Part shown: in pieces, positions 34,970 to 44,674 of the stretch
How positions within the stretch are numbered: the first letter of the stretch is position 1
How the letters are laid out: the number at the start of each line of letters is the position of its first letter
Virus record (IMG/VR): IMGVR_UViG_3300028577_000006
DNA: 64,000 bases
Reading direction: 5' to 3' (one strand)
From: a virus
Lineage: Duplodnaviria > Heunggongvirae > Uroviricota > Caudoviricetes
Position numbers and translations under genes: made by a program
Notes under the pieces: generated by a model
Databases searched by the model: none
The model's input: the letters and a program-made list of their open reading frames with translations, nothing else
What the model was told of the DNA's origin: nothing

Positions 34970-37900
34970 ATGCCTCACGTCCACGTTCCGGAAATCGTCT
35001 ACGCGATCAACACCGTGCAGCCTCCTCTGGAGCGCGCGTGGACGGAACAGCCAGGCTCGTTTGGTGACGAGTGGACGTGCGTCGACATCATTGGCAGTCT
35101 CGATGCCGATGGGTTCGTGTCGAAGAATGCGCTTGCTGCTCAGGCGGCCACCGAGAACATCGCTTCCACGACGTTTGCGGTGCCGCCTAGTGGCTCTCCG
35201 ATCGGCCTTCGTTACTACCAGAAGGAAGCCGTCGAGGCTGTCTTCAAGCTCTGGCAAGAAGGGAAAAACGCACCGGTCATCATCCTTCCTTGCGGATCTG
35301 GCAAGACGATTGTCGCAGCGGAAATAATGCGTTGCGCACATGAATCCCGACTGATGCTGCGACCCGTGTTCCTCGCGCACCGTCAGGAACTACTAGAGCA
35401 GACGATGGCGAAGGTGCGCATCATGGCGCCGAAGTGCACGGTCGGGCTCGTGCAAGCCGAACACAACGAGACCGCGCGCGACTTTGTGGTCGCGAGTGTC
35501 CAGACACTTGCTGGCAAAAACGGAGATCGCATCAAGCAGATCCTGGATCACGGCGCGCCGAACTTGCTTATCATCGACGAAGCTCATCACAGTACGTCGC
35601 CGTCGTTCCAGCGCGTGATCGCGGCCTTCCAACAGGCCAACCCGAACATCTACATACTCGGCCTGACCGCGACCCCGGGCCGAGCCGACGGCACTAGTCT
35701 CGATCGCGTCTTCAACTGCGTCGCGTATCAGAAGTCGATCTACGACATGATCAGCGAGGGATTCCTCGTGCCGCCCGTTGGCGAGCGACTCGTGCTCGAC
35801 ATCAAAATCGATGAGATCGATTCCGAGAGCGGCGACTTCGTCACAAAGCAGCTCGCGAAAATCGTCGACAAGCCTGCGGTCAACAAGCAGATCGTCAAGG
35901 AATGGATTCACCGCGGCCAAGACCGCAAGACGATCGCGTTCTGCATCACCAAGCAGCACGCGCAGAACATCGCTGACGAGTTCGTCGCATCAGGCGTCCC
36001 ATCCGCCGTCGTCAACGAACAGACGAAAAGCGCGCAGCGCAGAGAGCTGTTCCAGAAGTTCCGTGAAGGACACATCAAGGTGCTGTGTTCAGTCGAGGTG
36101 CTCACCGAGGGCTTCGATGAGCCGAGCGTCGAATGCGTGCTCATGGCGCGACCGACGCAGAGCCAGGCACTGCATGTGCAGTGTTTGGATGCACAAACAC
36201 AGGTTCTGACCCGTCGAGGCTGGCGCGGCCCTGACGACATTCGCGACGACGACATCGTTGCGACGATGGATGAGCACACCGAACGTACCGTCTGGTCACC
36301 GATTCTTTCACGCGTGGACAGGCCGCTACATCCGCAAGAGCGCATGTTCGCGTTGGATCTGCCAGGCCTAGACATCCGCGTGACTGGCAACCATCGAATG
36401 CTGTACAGGCAGCGTCGCAACAAGAAGCCAATCTGGACGGTAGCGTCGCAGATGCCCAAGTGCTTCAGCGCAATCGTTTCGGCACTGGAGCCGTCTGACA
36501 CGGCTGACTGCCAAAACATATCGGACGCTGATCTTACGCTGCTTGGGTGGTGGTACGCGGAGGGGTCATACACCAAGAGCAGAGCGATCTGTATCTACCA
36601 GGGCGTGAAGTCTAGATTTGCTCAAGAGATCGAAGACGCCATTCAGGCGTGCGGCATCAAGTTCGGCCGTGGGGAGCGCACTTACGACACGCGGTACAAG
36701 AAAAACCATACGATGATCCGATGGACTATGTCGTATGGGGCGCCCCGTGGAAGGGACAAGCACAAGCGTGGGTGGGGATACATGGATGGCTGGGTACAGA
36801 CTGATGGAACCAAGCGGCCAACGCCGCTGTTTCACAATCTCTCCGCCAGACAGTGGCGCCTGTTCTTGGAGGCGTTCAATAAAGGCGACGGCGCAAGACT
36901 AGACGGTCCTGCGCACGACTGGGAGGCTCATACGTGGTCCATCTATCAAAAACCCGGAACTGGGTTGCACGATGAGTTTCAGGCGCTGTGTCTGACACGC
37001 GGCATGCGCTGCAACCTTGGAGAACACGGAAACATGTCTGGCCAAGGCTTCGCCAGGCTGTACATCAGCCCTGACAAGCGCTACCACACGATCAACGGTG
37101 GCCGGCCGGAGTTGACCATGCGCGAAGTGCCCGCCATCGCTGGCGAGCGTGTGTGGTGCGTGGAGACGGTTACAGGCACGCTCATCACCCGTCGCAACGG
37201 TAAGGCCGCTATCGTAGGCAACTGCATCGGACGAGGTCTCCGGCTCTACCCAGGCAAGCAGGACTGTCTCGTCATCGACTGCACCGCGAACTCTTCGAAG
37301 TACACGCTCGCACAGCTCGCAAACCTCACGGGTCTGGAACCGCCGCGTCCGCCGGGCGAAGGCGTGCCGCAGCCCGAGGGCGAAGACGAAGTGGCGATCG
37401 AGGGCGAGACGCGCGTGGACGGCGTGTTCGCACAAGCGCTCGACTTCAAGCTCCGCAAGCGCGAGTCGAAGTACGTGTGGCGCGAGATCCCCGCGTGCGG
37501 CTGGGCGCTCCAGATTCCCAAGATCGGCTACTTCCTCGTCGCGTGGCACGGAGGCGACAAGAGCCTCGCGACCGTCCGATTCCACGACCTGCGTGACGGA
37601 CGCCGTGACACCAAGCCGATCGAGGTCACGCCAAACGCCATCGACTTCGAAATGGCCTACGGCCTCGTCGAAGCCGAGGTGCAACGCCTGCTCGAAGCGA
37701 AGTCTTCGCGCGCACGCCTCCGCGACAAGGAAGACGTGGATGCCGGTCCGGAGCCATTCGCGTTCCTCGAAGATGGCCTTGAAGACGATCTCGTGATCTC
37801 CGAGACGACGCTGAAGAACGACGCCGGCTGGCGCACGCGGCCGATGACGAGCAAGCAGCGCGACTTCCTTTTGAGCATGGGCGTGAAGCCCACCGCGATG

Positions 37901-38086
37901 CCGGACACCTCCGGAGAAGCGGCGGACCTGATCACGATCATGGACGTCGAGCGGGACATGAAGAAGCGCGAGCCCGCAACCTCGAAGCAGCTGTACTATC
38001 TGAGGATGAACAGCGTGCCGTACGAGAAGGGCATCACGAAAAACGCTGCCAAGAAGCTGATTCTTTCACACAGGCTCGGGAGGTAA
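34970..38086 (+). CDS. SF2 DEAD/DEAH-box helicase (intein-containing)
   Basis: LRYYQ, LPCGSGKT, IIDEAHH, GLTATP, LTEGFD and Q|CIGRGLR motifs; start uncertain. Confidence 0.9.
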   Translation: MPHVHVPEIVYAINTVQPPLERAWTEQPGSFGDEWTCVDIIGSLDADGFVSKNALAAQAATENIASTTFAVPPSGSPIGLRYYQKEAVEAVFKLWQEGKNAPVIILPCGSGKTIVAAEIMRCAHESRLMLRPVFLAHRQELLEQTMAKVRIMAPKCTVGLVQAEHNETARDFVVASVQTLAGKNGDRIKQILDHGAPNLLIIDEAHHSTSPSFQRVIAAFQQANPNIYILGLTATPGRADGTSLDRVFNCVAYQKSIYDMISEGFLVPPVGERLVLDIKIDEIDSESGDFVTKQLAKIVDKPAVNKQIVKEWIHRGQDRKTIAFCITKQHAQNIADEFVASGVPSAVVNEQTKSAQRRELFQKFREGHIKVLCSVEVLTEGFDEPSVECVLMARPTQSQALHVQCLDAQTQVLTRRGWRGPDDIRDDDIVATMDEHTERTVWSPILSRVDRPLHPQERMFALDLPGLDIRVTGNHRMLYRQRRNKKPIWTVASQMPKCFSAIVSALEPSDTADCQNISDADLTLLGWWYAEGSYTKSRAICIYQGVKSRFAQEIEDAIQACGIKFGRGERTYDTRYKKNHTMIRWTMSYGAPRGRDKHKRGWGYMDGWVQTDGTKRPTPLFHNLSARQWRLFLEAFNKGDGARLDGPAHDWEAHTWSIYQKPGTGLHDEFQALCLTRGMRCNLGEHGNMSGQGFARLYISPDKRYHTINGGRPELTMREVPAIAGERVWCVETVTGTLITRRNGKAAIVGNCIGRGLRLYPGKQDCLVIDCTANSSKYTLAQLANLTGLEPPRPPGEGVPQPEGEDEVAIEGETRVDGVFAQALDFKLRKRESKYVWREIPACGWALQIPKIGYFLVAWHGGDKSLATVRFHDLRDGRRDTKPIEVTPNAIDFEMAYGLVEAEVQRLLEAKSSRARLRDKEDVDAGPEPFAFLEDGLEDDLVISETTLKNDAGWRTRPMTSKQRDFLLSMGVKPTAMPDTSGEAADLITIMDVERDMKKREPATSKQLYYLRMNSVPYEKGITKNAAKKLILSHRLGR
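36182..37222 (+). mobile_element. Intein (347 aa) with a homing-endonuclease-like core, inserted in helicase motif VI
   Basis: Starts CLDAQTQVLTRRGW, block B VTGNHRM, ends VWCVETVTGTLITRRNGKAAIVGN; +1 residue Cys; lower GC. Confidence 0.9.
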
Positions 38087-38089
38087 GTG

Positions 38090-38791
38090 ATGCCGAAGAT
38101 CCACGCAGAAAGCCATGACCGCGTCGGACACTGCGTTCAGTGCGATGCCGCGTGCTGCCGCGCCTGCCACTTTTGTAGTGGCGACAAAACGCTCGTCGGT
38201 CGGCTTCTCGAACAGCGCGACCACGAGTCGTGGATGCACGCGGCGTGTCTCTCGATCGCCGATGGCGTTCCGGGCTGGGACAACGACTTCCCGGACGGCT
38301 CGTTCTCGCTCGCGATGCAGACGGTGCAGCAGCTGCGCGTGAAGTTCGAGGAGGCGATGGCCACCAACGAGCATCTCGCTGCCGAGATCGCCAGTCTCCG
38401 CGGCAAGAACGAGGCGCTGAAGCTACAGGTGTCCAGGCTTCGCTACGGTCCGAGCAGCGAAGGTGACCGAGCGATCCAGCGACTGATGGACGACAGCAAG
38501 TCGCTCGGCGCCTTGGCGCGCTCATATCCCGACAGTGACATGATGTTCGACGTTCACAGGGTGTGGCCGAAGATCGCCCCGGGCGGCGTCAAGATGGACG
38601 GGTTCCTGGTGAGCGTGGCGCAGGTCGACGAAGGCTGGATCGCGACCCGGTTTGGCGGCGGCGACTACCGCGTCATCGCCAAGGAGTTTGTCCCAGATCA
38701 TGGCTGGATCCGCCGTGGAGTGGCACGGGTGGACATCGCTGGCGAACCCAAGCACACGCTGAAAGTGACTGGCTATGCAGAAGCTCGCTGA
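38090..38791 (+). CDS. Hypothetical protein with a C-terminal domain homologous to the N-terminal domain of the 877 aa protein
   Basis: VHRVWPKIAPGGVKMDGFL...FGGGDYRV...IAGEPK. Confidence 0.75.
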   Translation: MPKIHAESHDRVGHCVQCDAACCRACHFCSGDKTLVGRLLEQRDHESWMHAACLSIADGVPGWDNDFPDGSFSLAMQTVQQLRVKFEEAMATNEHLAAEIASLRGKNEALKLQVSRLRYGPSSEGDRAIQRLMDDSKSLGALARSYPDSDMMFDVHRVWPKIAPGGVKMDGFLVSVAQVDEGWIATRFGGGDYRVIAKEFVPDHGWIRRGVARVDIAGEPKHTLKVTGYAEAR

Positions 38792-40085
38792 CCTCTGCAA
38801 AGAGCACCGTGTCGGACAGCCCGACTCGGAGACGACGGTGATGGTCTATCGAGCCACTGACGGCTTCAATGAACACGTCGGCAGCTACAACGAGTGCATC
38901 GACGAGAACTTCGTCGGTCGCCATCACGGCAACGGTAGGTACATCGGCGAGATCATCTCGGACAGCGGGCTCGGGCAGGGCTACGAACTCGTCAGTGAAG
39001 AGGGCGAGTGCGTATTCACACTCACCGGCTGGAACTGGCACGTGAACGAAGATCCGCACAATGCGAGCGAGCGAGCCAGTCGGGCCGGCTACGAGCGCGG
39101 CATGCGCGATGCCGCAGTGCAGGTGCTGGAACAGACGAAGCACAGCGCCGAGGGCCAGCTGCTCGCGCGCTCTCTCTTCTCGACCGCGGACGAAAAGGCT
39201 CCGGTCGACTGGCTCGATCCGGAAATCGAGCGCCTCGAAGACCTAGTCGGCGGCGTGCACGACGTCCTCTGGAGCGAGTCGCATCGCGGCGAAGACATCG
39301 AAGCCATGGCGCGGCGCGTGAAGAAGGAACGAGACACGTTCTTGCGCCAGGCGCGAGACGCGATGCAGGAAACACGTATCGCACTCGTCACGCACGAACT
39401 TCTGAAGTCGCAGCTGCGGAAACGTGTGCGCGAAATGGCGTACTCGCCGGAGAGCCTGCTGGGCGCAGAGATCGCCGGGATGATCAAAGACGATCGCGAA
39501 CAACCACAGAGCGAGCCGGAGATCGCCAAAGCAGCGTCCGACGCTGTCCGACAGGAGGTGGACCGCGTGTTCATCGCCGACATGAGCGCCGTGCAAGCCC
39601 GCGAGACGCGTATCCGCGAGACGGAGATCCGAGCGCGCGTGGCCGCCACCGGCGCCAGCTCGTACCGTGTCACGTCGCGGCGATCGCACACCGACGAGTA
39701 CGACTCGTTTCTCATCTGCGGCGAGGTCGAGTGGTATGTGGACGAGCGCTTGTGTGACGAAGACGTCGCCCTGATCGCGAACGCGCCAACAGATCTGCAC
39801 TTCCTGCTGCGCGTGCTCGGCGAGGAGCGTGAAAAGACGCGCGAGCTTGGACCGCTGCGTCAGGCGCTTCAGTCGATCGCACACGACACCACCGAGAAGG
39901 CGATCTGGATGACGGCTGCACATGCGCTGGCGCCGCATGCGATCGCGCACGAGATGCCACGCCACTCGATGTTCGCGGATGGACCACTACCCGGAGGACG
40001 CACGCGACACCTGTCGCGGCCAGTCATCATTCCGCCGCGTCAAGGCTTCATCGTCCAGGTCGCTGCCGACCCGAAGAGGCGCTGA
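38775..40085 (+). CDS. Hypothetical multi-domain protein
   Basis: 436 aa ORF, high GC3. Confidence 0.7.
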   Translation: MQKLADLCKEHRVGQPDSETTVMVYRATDGFNEHVGSYNECIDENFVGRHHGNGRYIGEIISDSGLGQGYELVSEEGECVFTLTGWNWHVNEDPHNASERASRAGYERGMRDAAVQVLEQTKHSAEGQLLARSLFSTADEKAPVDWLDPEIERLEDLVGGVHDVLWSESHRGEDIEAMARRVKKERDTFLRQARDAMQETRIALVTHELLKSQLRKRVREMAYSPESLLGAEIAGMIKDDREQPQSEPEIAKAASDAVRQEVDRVFIADMSAVQARETRIRETEIRARVAATGASSYRVTSRRSHTDEYDSFLICGEVEWYVDERLCDEDVALIANAPTDLHFLLRVLGEEREKTRELGPLRQALQSIAHDTTEKAIWMTAAHALAPHAIAHEMPRHSMFADGPLPGGRTRHLSRPVIIPPRQGFIVQVAADPKRR

Positions 40086-40639
40086 TGTACCCCGGACTCT
40101 ACGACCGACCGAAGCTCGCCGCCTACAGGTCATACGCACCGAAGCCGGAACTTCAGTGGTGCGCACCACCGCCAACGTTCGACAAGACGACGTTCCACGT
40201 GGACACGAACTGGCCGCCGTTCAGCGTGAAGGCGCTGCGTGAGGCGTACACGATCGACTACGAGAAGGTGGAGCTTCATCTCGCGCTAGCGGTGCCGATG
40301 AACGAGCCGCATCACTGCACGCACGAAGGACCATGGACGCTTCACTCGTGCGAGACGTGTGATATCCGCGAGGCAAAGCTCATCACGGGTTTGTTCGCGT
40401 GGCTCCTGGACGACAAGACTGCGCTCGACCAGGTCCGGCCACAGCCATACGTCGCGTGCATGCATCCGGGCGCGACGGTCTACGAGCAGTGCAAGACGTG
40501 CCGCGAGCTGCACTACAAGTTCGGGCTCAACGAGCGTGACTCGATGTTCGCCAAGTACAACAAGTACAAGAGGTACAGACAGCAGGCGAAGCAGGCGAGC
40601 TTCGCCATGGCCCTCGGACCGTACGGTGGCGTGAGATGA
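40085..40639 (+). CDS. Hypothetical Cys/His-containing protein
   Basis: 184 aa; TGATG overlap; CETC and CKTC pairs. Confidence 0.7.
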   Translation: MYPGLYDRPKLAAYRSYAPKPELQWCAPPPTFDKTTFHVDTNWPPFSVKALREAYTIDYEKVELHLALAVPMNEPHHCTHEGPWTLHSCETCDIREAKLITGLFAWLLDDKTALDQVRPQPYVACMHPGATVYEQCKTCRELHYKFGLNERDSMFAKYNKYKRYRQQAKQASFAMALGPYGGVR

Positions 40640-40703
40640 ACAACGCGCGCGCCGTGCTGTAGGACTTGCAGCCGGCCCAAGCTTACGACACACTCGGAGG
40701 CTC

Positions 40704-40841
40704 ATGAACCCGCTGCCGGTGCTGCTCGGGCTACTCGTCGGCGCTCTGGCGATGGTCGTCATGGCGATCGGCATCGTGCTGTTCTCGGTGCTCAGGCTCG
40801 TGGCGTGGATGCGAAAGAAGAGGAGAAGCGACGATGATTGA
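40704..40841 (+). CDS. 45 aa single-pass membrane protein
   Basis: SD GGAGG; MNPLPVLLGLLVGALAMVVMAIGIVLFSVLRLVAWMRKKRRSDDD; below the ORF-track cutoff. Confidence 0.65.
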   Translation: MNPLPVLLGLLVGALAMVVMAIGIVLFSVLRLVAWMRKKRRSDDD

Positions 40842-41196
40842 CCCGCGACTCGCTACGGCGATCCACGAAGGCGCTGCCGCCCGCAAACAGGTCGAAGATG
40901 CGGCGAGAACGTCGGCCACGGAACAGGCCGACACGAAGGCGAAGGCCGAGCGTGAACATCGCGCGCGGCTGAAGAAGACGTGGGTCGACGACGGAAAGAT
41001 CTTCTCGCTCATTCGCGACGTCGCCGCTACCGGCGGGGATTCCGTCAACATCGCGGATGGCGGCGCCGCTCTCGCGGGCGTGCTCAACGCGGTGCCCGGA
41101 CTGAAGGCGGAACATCAAACCTTTCGGTATCGTCCTTCCGACGATCACGGCGAGATCGACGGCGAGTCGATCAAGGTCACGTGGAAGACGCCATGA
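40834..41196 (+). CDS. Hypothetical protein
   Basis: 120 aa, SD AGGAG. Confidence 0.7.
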   Translation: MIDPRLATAIHEGAAARKQVEDAARTSATEQADTKAKAEREHRARLKKTWVDDGKIFSLIRDVAATGGDSVNIADGGAALAGVLNAVPGLKAEHQTFRYRPSDDHGEIDGESIKVTWKTP

Positions 41197-41618
41197 GCGA
41201 GCCGATCCGCTACTTCAGGGGCGAGTACCGCTGGCTCTCTAACTTCTGGTCGTGCTTCGTAGTGCTCGATGGGCAGACCTATCCCTCGACGGAAAACGCC
41301 TACCAGGCCGCCAAGACGCTCGGTCACGACGCGCGCGTTCCGTTCCGCAGCTGCTTCGCGACTAAGGCGAAGAGGGCCGGGCGCGCACTGAAGATCCGCG
41401 GCGACTGGGAAGAGGTGAAGCTCTCGGTCATGGAAGACCTACTGCGCCAGAAGTTCGCCACGGCAGAGCTGCGTGAGCGACTGCTCGCCACCGGTGACGT
41501 CGAACTGATCGAGGGAAACGATTGGTCTGACACGTATTGGGGGGTCGACGACAAGCTCGGCGGCCAGAACAACCTCGGCAAGCTCCTCATGCGCATCAGG
41601 GAAGATCTGCGGCGATGA
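41193..41618 (+). CDS. NADAR (YbiA-like) domain protein
   Basis: WLSNFW...STENAYQAAK...MEDLLRQKF...LLATG...IEGNDWSDTYWG...GQNNLGKLLMRIR. Confidence 0.9.
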   Translation: MSEPIRYFRGEYRWLSNFWSCFVVLDGQTYPSTENAYQAAKTLGHDARVPFRSCFATKAKRAGRALKIRGDWEEVKLSVMEDLLRQKFATAELRERLLATGDVELIEGNDWSDTYWGVDDKLGGQNNLGKLLMRIREDLRR

Positions 41619-42229
41619 AGCAGACGGCATTCGACATCGAAGAAGAAGTGGCGCGCACCAAGCTGTCTCTCGATGACGACGTGGTGCCGATGGGTCCATA
41701 CGACGGCCTCGTACTCGCGGGCACTGGTCATCGGCCCGAGAAGCTCGGCGGTCACACCGAGGTCGCTCGACAGAAGCTTGTCGCGTTCGCGCGTGACCAG
41801 CTCGCTCACTACAACCGCAACGGGAGCATCGGCAAGGTCGTCTCGGGCATGGCGCTCGGATGGGACCAGGCTCTCGCCGAAGCTGCCGTCGCGCTCGACA
41901 TCCCCGTGCTCGCTGCGGTCCCATGCGAAGGACAGGACTCGACGTGGCCGCCGCACGCGCGCAGACGCTATCGAGAGTTCCTGGAGCAGCGCGGCGTCAC
42001 CGTACACGTCGTCTGCCCTGGCCCGTACAAGCCGTGGAAGATGCAGGTGCGCAACGAGTGGATGTGCGATCGAGCGCAGTATCTCCTCGGGCTATGGGAC
42101 GGCACCGACGGCGGAACTGCGAACTGCATGCGCTACGCGTTCAAGAAGATGGAGCGCGGGCCTGGGCCCGTGCCACGTATCGCGAACTGCTGGGCCGAGT
42201 GGGAAGACTGGAATCGGAGTCGACGATGA
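41615..42229 (+). CDS. YspA-like SLOG family protein
   Basis: GTGHRPEKL...SGMALGWDQ...RNEWMCD...WDGTDGGTANC. Confidence 0.85.
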   Translation: MKQTAFDIEEEVARTKLSLDDDVVPMGPYDGLVLAGTGHRPEKLGGHTEVARQKLVAFARDQLAHYNRNGSIGKVVSGMALGWDQALAEAAVALDIPVLAAVPCEGQDSTWPPHARRRYREFLEQRGVTVHVVCPGPYKPWKMQVRNEWMCDRAQYLLGLWDGTDGGTANCMRYAFKKMERGPGPVPRIANCWAEWEDWNRSRR

Positions 42230-42651
42230 GCGCCAGCATCGACGAAGCGGATGAAGCGACCGAGTGGGCGGTACGCAAGCTGAAGAAGGCGCGTACGAAG
42301 ACGGCGCACAGCGGCCCGTTTCCGTCGGTTACGCTCACCAAAACGGGCGCATGGATCAAGGACCAGTACGACCGCATGGTCAACGAACTCGAACAGGCCG
42401 AGCGCGCGCAGAGCAATCTCATGGAGCAAGCGCGCGAGAGACGCAGCGGCTTCGGATCCCACTACGACGAGACGTCCCGCCGGCTGAACTTGAAGTACGC
42501 CGACGAGTTCTGGACCTGGCACCGGCGCATGAGCCGATTGCTGGACCACGTTCAGGTGCTCGCCGAGAGCCTCGCCGACGACGACGAGGTCACGCTCAGC
42601 GTCGCCGAGGTGAAGAAGCTGTCTACGTCGATGGAGAAGCCGCGTGAGTGA
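42226..42651 (+). CDS. Hypothetical helical protein
   Basis: MSASIDEADE...; coupled start. Confidence 0.65.
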   Translation: MSASIDEADEATEWAVRKLKKARTKTAHSGPFPSVTLTKTGAWIKDQYDRMVNELEQAERAQSNLMEQARERRSGFGSHYDETSRRLNLKYADEFWTWHRRMSRLLDHVQVLAESLADDDEVTLSVAEVKKLSTSMEKPRE

Positions 42652-43107
42652 AGAACGACAGAGCAAACAGGTGATCGTGATCCGCAAGGATTTGGGCATG
42701 CGTCGTGAAAGCAGATTGCGCAAGGCGCGCATGCGAGCATGAAGGTGTTGCTCGACTTGATGCCTCGAAACCGAGATCTGCCCACCGACGGGCGTCCGGT
42801 TCTGCTCCACCGCACGCTGATGACGCCAGGGCTCGCCGAGAACTCCATCTCGACCGGGTACTGGTCTGACACCGCTCTCTCGGACTGGCTCGATGGCATC
42901 TTCACCAAGATCACCGTCTCGGTCGACGGCGAAGAGGCGTTGCACGCGATCTACCAGCAGGCGCTTCGCGCGAAGCTGCCGGCGGCGATCATCCAGGATG
43001 CGGGCAAGACCGAGTTCAACGGCGTGCCGACGTTCACCGCCGTCGCGATCGGGCCGGCATGGGCCGACGAGATCGACCCCATCACCGGAAAGCTTCCGTT
43101 GCTGTGA
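42644..43107 (+). pseudogene. pth2: Peptidyl-tRNA hydrolase PTH2 family, split by a 1 nt deletion near 42707
   Basis: Frame A: KQVIVIRKDLGMRR. Frame B: KQIAQGAHAS...TKIT...IQDAGKTEF...TAVAIGP...IDPITGKLPLL. Inserting one G restores MRRGKQIAQGAHA. Confidence 0.85.
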
Positions 43108-43168
43108 CCTTCAAGGCCATCCAGCTGCCAGATGGTCGCTACCTTCCACCGTGGGCCTTCGGTGGCGC

Positions 43169-43432
43169 ATGGTGGACGTTGTGACCGAACGGCCGCACAA
43201 AATCGGCGATCGCTGGCGCGTGCCCGATCCGCTGCCGGAGTCCCTCGGCCACCTCTTTCGCAACCACGTAATGGTCGTGACCTACATCCACCACACGAGC
43301 GAGAACGGCCGACAGCAGGTCGTCTTCTACCGCGACACCGAGCACCCATGGGGCGCACTCGGCGACGAGCATCCGATCGATTCCTATCTTCTCCACGAGG
43401 AGATGGGCTGGACGCGTGTGGAGAACGAATGA
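43169..43432 (+). CDS. Hypothetical protein; may extend to GTG 43104 across a frameshift
   Basis: MVDVVTERPHKIGDRW...; the upstream frame MTFKAIQLPDGRYLPPWAFGG also looks coding. Confidence 0.5.
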   Translation: MVDVVTERPHKIGDRWRVPDPLPESLGHLFRNHVMVVTYIHHTSENGRQQVVFYRDTEHPWGALGDEHPIDSYLLHEEMGWTRVENE

Positions 43433-43659
43433 TGGGCCCACAGATCAAGCTGAAGCTGGGCGACAACCCGCTTCCGATCCACGACGCCGTCGCTCGCGTG
43501 GAAATGGGACCATCGCGCCCGCACAACCCGTTCGGTTCCACGTACGTGATGGTGATCATCGGCGGCCGTGATGCCGGCAGCTGGGCGGGCACTCACGAAG
43601 AGTGCGAAGTGTGGCTCGAAGGATTTCTGATCGGGCGCCTCGGAACTGTCGGACGCTGA
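43429..43659 (+). CDS. Hypothetical protein
   Basis: MMGPQIKLKLGD...; coupled start. Confidence 0.6.
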   Translation: MMGPQIKLKLGDNPLPIHDAVARVEMGPSRPHNPFGSTYVMVIIGGRDAGSWAGTHEECEVWLEGFLIGRLGTVGR

Positions 43660-44312
43660 TGATCGATCACTTCGCGTGCTGGCTCGATCTTCCGTGGGCC
43701 GTGCTCGACGTCGAGACGACCGGCTTCGCGCCGAGCTACGCCAAGATCGTCGAACTTGCGATCGTCCGCATGCGCGGCGGCAAGGTCGAGCGAAAGTGGT
43801 CATCACTACTAAACCCCGGCATAGACATCCCGCGCGAGGTCTCACGCGTGCACGGCATCGACAACTTCGACGTACGCCACGCGCCGAGGTTCATCGACAC
43901 GCTCACGACCATCGTGCCGCTGCTCGACGGAGCGCTGCCCGTCGCCTTCAACGCGCCGTTCGACAGACGCTTCGTCATGGCAGAGTTGAACGCGAACGGC
44001 TTCGATGGTATCGCCGTGCCTGCGCTCTCCGCTGAATGGGAGCGATGGGCGGACCCGTGCAGCTGGGTGCGCAGTCTGGATCGGTTCGTACAGGAAGGGA
44101 AAGCCAGCAACACGCTCGAAGCGGCATGCCGCCGCTGGGGCATCACCTTCGAAGGTGATTCACACCGCGCCATGCCGGACGCGGTCGCTACCGGAGAACT
44201 GCTATGGGCGATGGCGCCAGAGATCGGACGCATGACCGCAAGCGAGCTACTGCGAAGACAGGCGCTCCTGACCGACCGCAAGCCGCGGGATTCGTCGACT
44301 TCGAAGTCCTAG
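43659..44312 (+). CDS. DEDDh 3'-5' exonuclease (DnaQ/epsilon-like)
   Basis: VLDVETTG, VAFNAPFD, HRAMPDA. Confidence 0.9.
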   Translation: MIDHFACWLDLPWAVLDVETTGFAPSYAKIVELAIVRMRGGKVERKWSSLLNPGIDIPREVSRVHGIDNFDVRHAPRFIDTLTTIVPLLDGALPVAFNAPFDRRFVMAELNANGFDGIAVPALSAEWERWADPCSWVRSLDRFVQEGKASNTLEAACRRWGITFEGDSHRAMPDAVATGELLWAMAPEIGRMTASELLRRQALLTDRKPRDSSTSKS

Positions 44313-44674
44313 CCGACCAGCTCAACGCCACGATCGAAGAGATCGAAGACGCGCTCTCGCAGCGCTACCAGATCAACATCACCACACGCATCCCGCTCAT
44401 CGTCGAGATGGGCGGCGAGACGTACACGGGCGGCCTGACGTGGAAGAAGGCTGGCTCACCAGCGATGATGAGCATCGTCATCGACTTCATGCAGCCCAAG
44501 ACAGGCGTCGCACAGAGCGATCACTTCAGCCGCTCACCAGGTCACTGGCGCTACGCTGCGGTGAAGGCGCTGCCGCATCTGATGGCGGCCATCGACGTCG
44601 AGCAAGCTGCTGCTCGGGAACGCATGCAGGACGCGGTACAGAACGCCGCGGCATTCCTGGAGAGCTTGCGATGA
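44204..44674 (+). CDS. Hypothetical protein, start uncertain
   Basis: Coding-like from DFEVLADQLNATIEEIED onward. Confidence 0.5.
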   Translation: MGDGARDRTHDRKRATAKTGAPDRPQAAGFVDFEVLADQLNATIEEIEDALSQRYQINITTRIPLIVEMGGETYTGGLTWKKAGSPAMMSIVIDFMQPKTGVAQSDHFSRSPGHWRYAAVKALPHLMAAIDVEQAAARERMQDAVQNAAAFLESLR

